The position numbers were made by a program, and so were the translations under genes. Below the pieces are notes generated by a model. The model worked only from the letters and a program-made list of their open reading frames with translations, was not told the DNA's origin and searched no databases. Positions 51,155-56,640 of a stretch of 56,640 nt of DNA are shown here, one piece after another. Positions within the stretch are counted from its first letter, which is position 1. Every line of letters begins with the position of its first letter. The stretch comes from Acidobacteriota bacterium (GTDB lineage Bacteria > Acidobacteriota > Vicinamibacteria > Fen-336). The stretch lies in NCBI GenBank assembly GCA_022340545.1, contig JAJDNV010000272.1:1-56640 (forward strand), read 5' to 3'.

Positions 51155-52367
51155 TGGCACCGAGGGCGGCCACCACGAGCAGGAGGCCCACCCACAGGAG
51201 GAGGGGGTGGCGCTCCGTCCAGGGGAGCACGTCTGCGACGACGTCCCGGCGGATCGGCGGTCCCAGCTCCGCGGCCACCGCCTCCGAATCCGCATCGAGA
51301 GTGCGGCCGAGGTCGTAGGTAGGGGGCGGAAGGTCGGGCGCGCCATACGTCAGGGTGAACTCCCCTCCGCGGGGCACGTCGAGCAGGAGCCGCTCCACGG
51401 GGGCGACCACGCTCACCCCGCGCACGCGGAGCGGCTGGTCGTCCCGGTTGCGCAGGCGCAGACGCAGCACGCGCGCTCGTCCGCCCGCCTCGACGCGAAG
51501 ACACTCGCGCGTTTCCCCTCCGTCCTCGAGCCGATAAACGACCCCCCGACCCACACCGCGCCAGCGCTCGGGAGGAGCGATCGCCTCCGAGGGAGACAGG
51601 GTCGGGTCCTCGCGGGCCTCGAGTCGGACCTCGCGGAAGAAGCGTTCGTCCTCCACTTCGAGGACGACGGCCCGATAGGGCTGGTGTCGCGCCCCGAGAT
51701 CGAGCGTCAGCCACGTCTCCCGTGAGCGCGGCTCCTCGGCCCGGCTCCAGTGCGGCGCCAGCGCCTCCTCGCGCCGGGCGTGGCGCTCGCCGGCGGGCAG
51801 CCAGGCGTCTTCGATCGATACACGCTCCCTCTCGCGGGGTCCGGGGAACACGGTGACCCGCAGGAGGGCGAAGTCGTTCTCGGGCAGGGCCACGTCCTCG
51901 TAGCGGGCCGGCTCGGGGCCGGGGATGGCGAACACCCAGGCCTCGTCGGTCAGCGTCGTCCAGGCGCGCCCGTCGTCGCTCCCCTCGACGCTCACGCGCC
52001 GGCGGAAGTTCTCCCCGGGCAGGCGCAGCGTGACGCGCTCCTTGCTCACCCGATCGCCGAAGTCCAGCACCGCGGTCGCCGCGCCGTCGGGGGCGATCCC
52101 TCGATTCCGGATCTGCGGGCGTCGCTCCGGCTGCGGCCCTTCCACCCCCCGGTCGAGGACATACGGCACCATCTTCCCCCGCGCGTCCAGCACCCGCAGG
52201 TCGCCGAGGTCGGAGCGTGCGGCTTCGTAGATGTGCCGGTCCAGCCGGACCGCCACGAGGCCGGCGGCCGGGAGGGAGATCTCGCGCTCGAAGGCCGGGG
52301 AGGACGTCTGCGCTCCGGCGGCGGCCGTGATTGCGAGAGCGGCGAGCGCGAAGACCACCCTTCTCAC
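51126..52367 (-). CDS. DUF3999-like secreted protein with a C-terminal TM anchor
   Basis: The GTG at 52367 overlaps the upstream stop (GTGA). Signal peptide (VVFALAALAITAAAGAQT). C-terminal TM (LLLWVGLLLVVAALGAI). The rest of the track ORF (to 54458) is a shadow of the DUF2339 gene. Confidence 0.7.
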   Translation of the reverse strand: MRRVVFALAALAITAAAGAQTSSPAFEREISLPAAGLVAVRLDRHIYEAARSDLGDLRVLDARGKMVPYVLDRGVEGPQPERRPQIRNRGIAPDGAATAVLDFGDRVSKERVTLRLPGENFRRRVSVEGSDDGRAWTTLTDEAWVFAIPGPEPARYEDVALPENDFALLRVTVFPGPRERERVSIEDAWLPAGERHARREEALAPHWSRAEEPRSRETWLTLDLGARHQPYRAVVLEVEDERFFREVRLEAREDPTLSPSEAIAPPERWRGVGRGVVYRLEDGGETRECLRVEAGGRARVLRLRLRNRDDQPLRVRGVSVVAPVERLLLDVPRGGEFTLTYGAPDLPPPTYDLGRTLDADSEAVAAELGPPIRRDVVADVLPWTERHPLLLWVGLLLVVAALGAITWRALRSA

Positions 52368-54901
52368 GGGTCGCCACCTGGAGTCAGGAGACGCTCGCGG
52401 AACCGGAGGTTGAGCCAGGCCCCGGCCAGGAGCAGCACGCCCAGGGCCAGGAAGGACAGCATGCGGTAGAGCGTGGGCATCGTGGCCAGGTCGATCATGA
52501 CCACCTTCACCGCGGTGACGCCGAAGAGCGCGTAGGCGGTGTAGAAGAGCCCGCGGCTGCGAAGCGCCAGCCCGGCGGCCAGCAGGCCGGTGGCGAAGAC
52601 CGTCCACAGGACGGACAGCGCGAGGCCGGCCTGTCGCCCCGCGGCGACCGCCGCCTCGTGATCGCGCGCCGCCCGGGCCTCGCGGGCCCGCTCGGCAAAG
52701 AACGACTGCGTCTCCGCCGTGCAGAGGCCGAAGAGGAGGGCGAGGCCCAGCGGGGCCAGGACGTGTCCGGCCCAGATGTCGAGAGCACTCCCCCGCGCCC
52801 GCGCCGCCGAGGTCATCCACCGAGCCGCCGCCACCGCCGCGATCACGAGGAGCCACGTCCCGAAGGCCGGGTTCAGAACGGGGGTGAACGGCCCGTCGTG
52901 GAGCGGGAGGTGTCGCAACAGGAGACGACCCACGGCGAGGAGGAGCACGGTGTCGCCGCCGACGCGTGCGAGGGCGGAGTCGTGGCGCATCCCCAACCAG
53001 ACGAGCACGAGGGCCTCGCCCGCCCAGGCCAGGGTGATGCCGAACAGGCCGAGCTGGACGGGGATTGCGAGCGTGACGAAGACCGCGGAGAGGGCGAGGG
53101 CGACCCGGGCCCAGAGAACCTGCGCGGGTCCTCGCCGTCGGGCGGTCAGGCCGAGGGCGAGGTGCAGCGCGGCCAGCGCCGCCGCGGCGAGGCCGAGCAG
53201 GTCGGGCTGGGTGAGGGTCAAGACGCGGTCGAGGAGCAGCCAGGCGAGCGCAGCCGCGACGATCTGGACGGCGGCGTCCGGGATGCCCAGGGGTGTCCGG
53301 TAGGCGAGGCCCCGCACCGCCAGGATCGCGACATAGACACCGGCCAGCCCGAGGCCGAGCACCAGGGCCTCGGACCCCCGGTCGGGGCGGAAGTAGCGCT
53401 CGTACCACGCGAGGACTGCGAGCGCTCCGAGCGCCACGCCGGCCGCCTCTGCCCAGGCCCAACGCCGTCGCACGAGGACCGCCAGCCCCGCCTGCACGGC
53501 GAGCAGGACGAGAAGGGCGAAGGGACGATCGGTTTCCGACGCCAGTCCCACCGACACTGCCCCACCCGCGAGCAGGGCGGTGGCGGGGAACACCCGGGCC
53601 GGGAGCCGGGCCGACGGCGCGCCCAGCACGAGCAGCAGCGCCCCGCCAACGACCCAGGCCGCGGCCAGGCCGAAGCTGTCGGGCTCGTAGTGCGCCCCCG
53701 CCCATGCCAGGAACGGCAGGGCGATCACCGCCCCGGCGGCGAAGGCGGTCCCGATGCCGAGGGGACCGGCGGCACGCAGTCCCACCGCGGCGAGGACGAG
53801 CGAGAGGGGAAGAAGCACCTCCGGGCGATCGGCGTCCGCGCCGAGCACGGCCAGACCCACCGCAGCGGCGAGGAGCACGACGACGAAGCCGGCGGTGCGT
53901 TCCTTCCGGGCGGTGCCGAGGGCGAAGAGCGCGGTGAGCAGGACCAGGCCCGCCGCCGCCACCGTGAAGCGCTCCGGTCGGAAGTGAGCGGCGTACCACG
54001 CCCCGTAGAGGAGCAATGTGCCGGTCAGGGCGAGGGGGAGGGTCTCCGGCCACGGCTTGCGACGGTCGAGCCACACCGCCCCCGCCCCCAGCAGGAGGAG
54101 ATAGGCAAAGAGGCTGACCGCCCGATCCTCCCCGGTCGACAGGAGGACGGGCGTCAGGTAGCCGCCCACCCACGCCAGGCCCGCGAGGAGCCGCGTGTGG
54201 AGGCGATCGGCCACCGCCACCGCGCAGACGGTCACGACGATCATGACCGCCGCGGAGAACCCGCGCGGCACGAGCTCGTACACCGCGTGCGCGGCGAAGC
54301 CGGTGACGTAGAGGCCGGCAAGGCCGGTCGCGGCCAGCCCCTGGCCGAGGGGGCGGTACTGCCGTCCCAGGAGGCGCAGCCCGGCGGCGACGAGGCCGAG
54401 ACTGAAGACGGCGGCCATGAGGATGCGGCCGGTCGGTCCCACCCAGTCGTTCTCCCACGCGTAGCGCACGAACAGGGCAAGGAACACGACGACGGCGAGA
54501 CCACCGGCGCCCACGAGGATGCGCGGGCCGATGTTGGTGGCGAAGTCGGCGGCGGTCAAGGGTGGGGCCGGCGGCTCCCCCGTCTCCGGGGACGGAGGTG
54601 CCGCGGCCACCGGTGCTTCGGGGGTCGGCGCGGGCGGCGGAGGTTCGGGCGCTCGGACCCGCGGGGGCTCGCGCGGGATCGGCTCTGGCGGCGGCGCGGC
54701 GCTCGGGGGCTCCGGAGGAGCTTCCGGCGAAGCGGCCAGGCCCCCGCGCTTCTCGATGGCCGAGAGCCAGGAGGTCATCGCGTCGAGCCGCTTCTCGAGG
54801 CGCGACATCCGGATGATCGCGGCGAGGGCGACGAACGGCGACACGAACGCGAGCAGGAGCAGCGTGCCCAGGATGAGGATACCCACCGCCTCCACGCTCA
54901 C
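52364..54901 (-). CDS. DUF2339-like large polytopic membrane protein
   Basis: N-terminal TM plus a short helical segment (IIRMSRLEKRLDAMTSWLSAIEKR), a Pro-rich linker, then about 20 hydrophobic helices. Confidence 0.75.
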   Translation of the reverse strand: MSVEAVGILILGTLLLLAFVSPFVALAAIIRMSRLEKRLDAMTSWLSAIEKRGGLAASPEAPPEPPSAAPPPEPIPREPPRVRAPEPPPPAPTPEAPVAAAPPSPETGEPPAPPLTAADFATNIGPRILVGAGGLAVVVFLALFVRYAWENDWVGPTGRILMAAVFSLGLVAAGLRLLGRQYRPLGQGLAATGLAGLYVTGFAAHAVYELVPRGFSAAVMIVVTVCAVAVADRLHTRLLAGLAWVGGYLTPVLLSTGEDRAVSLFAYLLLLGAGAVWLDRRKPWPETLPLALTGTLLLYGAWYAAHFRPERFTVAAAGLVLLTALFALGTARKERTAGFVVVLLAAAVGLAVLGADADRPEVLLPLSLVLAAVGLRAAGPLGIGTAFAAGAVIALPFLAWAGAHYEPDSFGLAAAWVVGGALLLVLGAPSARLPARVFPATALLAGGAVSVGLASETDRPFALLVLLAVQAGLAVLVRRRWAWAEAAGVALGALAVLAWYERYFRPDRGSEALVLGLGLAGVYVAILAVRGLAYRTPLGIPDAAVQIVAAALAWLLLDRVLTLTQPDLLGLAAAALAALHLALGLTARRRGPAQVLWARVALALSAVFVTLAIPVQLGLFGITLAWAGEALVLVWLGMRHDSALARVGGDTVLLLAVGRLLLRHLPLHDGPFTPVLNPAFGTWLLVIAAVAAARWMTSAARARGSALDIWAGHVLAPLGLALLFGLCTAETQSFFAERAREARAARDHEAAVAAGRQAGLALSVLWTVFATGLLAAGLALRSRGLFYTAYALFGVTAVKVVMIDLATMPTLYRMLSFLALGVLLLAGAWLNLRFRERLLTPGGDP

Positions 54902-54934
54902 CTCCGGCCGCCCGCGCCCTGAAGGCGCGCTCCG

Positions 54935-55642
54935 CTAGTGCCGCACCTCGCCGGTCATGGGGACGAAGCGCACCGGCAGAACGCGCTTCTTCTCGAAGCG
55001 ATCGCCTCGTCGCGTCACCACGACGAGCTCCTGCACCGCGTCCCCGACCGGCAGGATCAGCCGGCCTCCGTCGCTGAGCTGCTCCATGAGCGGCTCCGGG
55101 ATGCGCGGCGCGGCGGCGGTCACGATGATGGCATCGAAGGGGGCCGCCTCCGGCCAGCCCTGGTAGCCGTCACCGGCCCTCACCTCGACGTTGGAGTAGC
55201 CGAGGTCCTTCAGGCGGGCCCGGGCCTCTTCGGCGAGAGGGGCCACGATCTCGATCGTGTAGACACGCGAGACGATCTCGGCCAGCACCGCCGCCTGATA
55301 GCCGGAGCCCGTGCCCACCTCGAGGACCTTCTCGTCCCCGTCGAGATGGAGGGCCTCGGTCATGAAGCCGACGATGTAGGGCTGGGAGATGGTCTGCCCG
55401 TGGCCGATGGGCAACGGGTGGTCGGCGTAGGCCTGCCCCGCCACCTCGGGTGGCACGAAGAGGTGACGCGGGACCTTGCGCATCGCGGCCAGCGTCCGCT
55501 CGTCGCGCACGCCCCGCGGCGGCGCCGCGATCTGCTGGGCCACCATCTGCTCGCGCTCCCGGGCGCGGGCCACGTCGTCGCCTTCGGGAGCCGGGCGGCA
55601 GGAGAGCGCGGTCAAGGCCACCAACCAGGGCATCCAGAGCAT
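54935..55642 (-). CDS. pcm: Protein-L-isoaspartate O-methyltransferase (with N-terminal signal/anchor)
   Basis: TISQPYIVGFMTEAL...VLEVGTGSGYQAAVLA...GDGYQGWPEAAPFDAIIVTAA. Confidence 0.9.
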   Translation of the reverse strand: MLWMPWLVALTALSCRPAPEGDDVARAREREQMVAQQIAAPPRGVRDERTLAAMRKVPRHLFVPPEVAGQAYADHPLPIGHGQTISQPYIVGFMTEALHLDGDEKVLEVGTGSGYQAAVLAEIVSRVYTIEIVAPLAEEARARLKDLGYSNVEVRAGDGYQGWPEAAPFDAIIVTAAAPRIPEPLMEQLSDGGRLILPVGDAVQELVVVTRRGDRFEKKRVLPVRFVPMTGEVRH

Positions 55643-55808
55643 GTACGTGCCCCCCCATTCTAGCGCCAGCCGCCGACGGAAGCCCCTTTTTCGCGCCAGA
55701 GCCCCGGTCCTCGCCCCGGCGGGCGCTCAATCGCCCGGGTCCGCCTCGAAGACCGTCCCGCCGCCGTCGCGGGGACGGGAGACGGCGCCTTGTCCATCTG
55801 GCGGTGGG

Positions 55809-56640
55809 TCACGTCACCGGGGAGCGATCCACCTGGCCAACCTTCCGGAGGCTGGCCATCCCCACGAGCAGGATTCCCACGGCGCGCCAGGCCAGGGCGA
55901 AGGGGAGCCTCGGCGTCACGGCCTCAATGTCCACGCGCTCCGTCCCCTCGGGCACCCAGACGCCGAGGAGTGCCCCGTAGGCCGGGAAGGTGACGAGGGG
56001 TCGCACACTGCCGTCACGAGCCCGACCCGTCGCCCGCAGGTCCTCGGCGTAGCTCATGGCCACCGTGAGGGGGCACGCTGACGAGGGCGCCACCCGGACG
56101 CTGACGTGCTGACCCCGCAGAGCCGTCTCGATCACCTCGACTCGCCCACCCCCGCACCTCGCCCCTTCGAGCCGGGCCAGGTCGGCGGCGGCCACGGCCG
56201 GGTCCGATTCGACGACCCACACGACCTCGTGGACCCTTTCGTGAAGGGTGTCGCTCTCGGCTCGGAGCTTCTGCGACAGGGCCGAGAAGCTGTCGACCGG
56301 GATCGCGGCGGTGGAGAACCAGGCGGGCCCGGCCGTCTCGACGAGAGGCCGCGTACGAAGGCTGCCTGGGGAATCCGATCTTTCGACGACCGATGTGACG
56401 TTGAACAGGCGATAGAGGGGCCACGACGACCCGTAGGACTCGGGGAAGCGGAGGAGCATGGCGGCCGCGGTGTAGGGGTGCCCCCGCAGGGCCGTCACCA
56501 GCTCGACGAAGCGCCGGTTGGGAAAAAGGTAACCGTCGAGGGCCGAGAGTCGCGTGGCCCAGGCAGTGTTGGCCCCGAACGGGGAGAGGGCGAAGCCCGG
56601 CTGCGACCGTGTGAGCGGAGAGGCGAGCTCGGGGTGAGCG
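55809..56640 (-). CDS. Hypothetical protein, 5'-truncated by the window edge (C-terminal TM anchor)
   Basis: The frame stays open from 56640 down to the stop at 55809. The track start (GTG 56498) is internal. Natural amino acid composition, with a C-terminal hydrophobic helix (LPFALAWRAVGILLVGMASL). Confidence 0.5.
   Translation of the reverse strand, partial: AHPELASPLTRSQPGFALSPFGANTAWATRLSALDGYLFPNRRFVELVTALRGHPYTAAAMLLRFPESYGSSWPLYRLFNVTSVVERSDSPGSLRTRPLVETAGPAWFSTAAIPVDSFSALSQKLRAESDTLHERVHEVVWVVESDPAVAAADLARLEGARCGGGRVEVIETALRGQHVSVRVAPSSACPLTVAMSYAEDLRATGRARDGSVRPLVTFPAYGALLGVWVPEGTERVDIEAVTPRLPFALAWRAVGILLVGMASLRKVGQVDRSPVT

Noticed and set aside
52331-54922. 863-aa plus-strand ORF, and the N-terminal 697 aa of the minus ORF 51126-54458
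   Set aside because: Both are alternative frames over the DUF2339 gene and have Arg/Gly/Pro-rich composition. Only the last 413 codons of the minus ORF (from GTG 52367, with a signal peptide) look genuine.

Overview
Very GC-rich (about 70% by eye, not computed) bacterial chromosomal segment. The gene content suggests a Gram-negative, probably anaerobic or facultative organism of the Acidobacteriota / Myxococcota-Desulfobacterota type: a sigma-54 enhancer-binding protein, DUF4388, a CRTAC1 plus multihaem/TPR pair, SelB, and an NrfD-cytochrome c fusion. I support about 52 CDS and one tRNA-Leu(CAG). I found no rRNA, CRISPR array, transposase or integrase. Many long ORFs in the six-frame track are high-GC shadow ORFs and are not called. 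Layout, left to right: (1) a respiratory NrfD/hexahaem fusion, an orphan EncFtn-like ferritin and a PadR-DUF5320-MBL-CGGC operon. (2) A minus-strand metal-uptake operon: small CxxC membrane protein, porin, TroA-like binding protein, two ABC-3 permeases and a tandem kinase-like protein, with no ABC ATPase gene. It sits behind a consensus sigma-54 promoter and is divergent from an ArsP_2-type metal transporter. (3) HK-MFS, divergent from REC plus a NtrC-type sigma-54 activator, followed by a radical SAM gene coupled to a small RsbRD_N-like protein. (4) CRTAC1 / multihaem-TPR cytochrome / PilZ / SelB / small internally duplicated protein / RNase R / tRNA-Leu. (5) A FecR-DUF6600 protein with a 3 x 75 bp tandem repeat, PBP1A, and a discoidin-polytopic membrane fusion. 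(6) A housekeeping envelope operon: NfeD, SPFH, DUF4388, SPOR, Lnt, RF2 (with its programmed +1 frameshift) and a TolB-like protein. (7) TatA/B-TatC, DUF192, HEAT plus an AMP-ligase, the DUF2339-DUF3999 pair, Pcm, and a 5'-truncated ORF at the right edge. The most unusual points are: three exact GGCAC-N5-TTGC sigma-54 promoters plus one 1-mismatch site, all in front of metal-transport or envelope genes (one exact site and the 1-mismatch site form a back-to-back divergent pair); the ATPase-less Tro-like operon ending in a tandem kinase/pseudokinase; the strand-ambiguous repeat region at 33.2-34.2 kb; and the atypical selB context.
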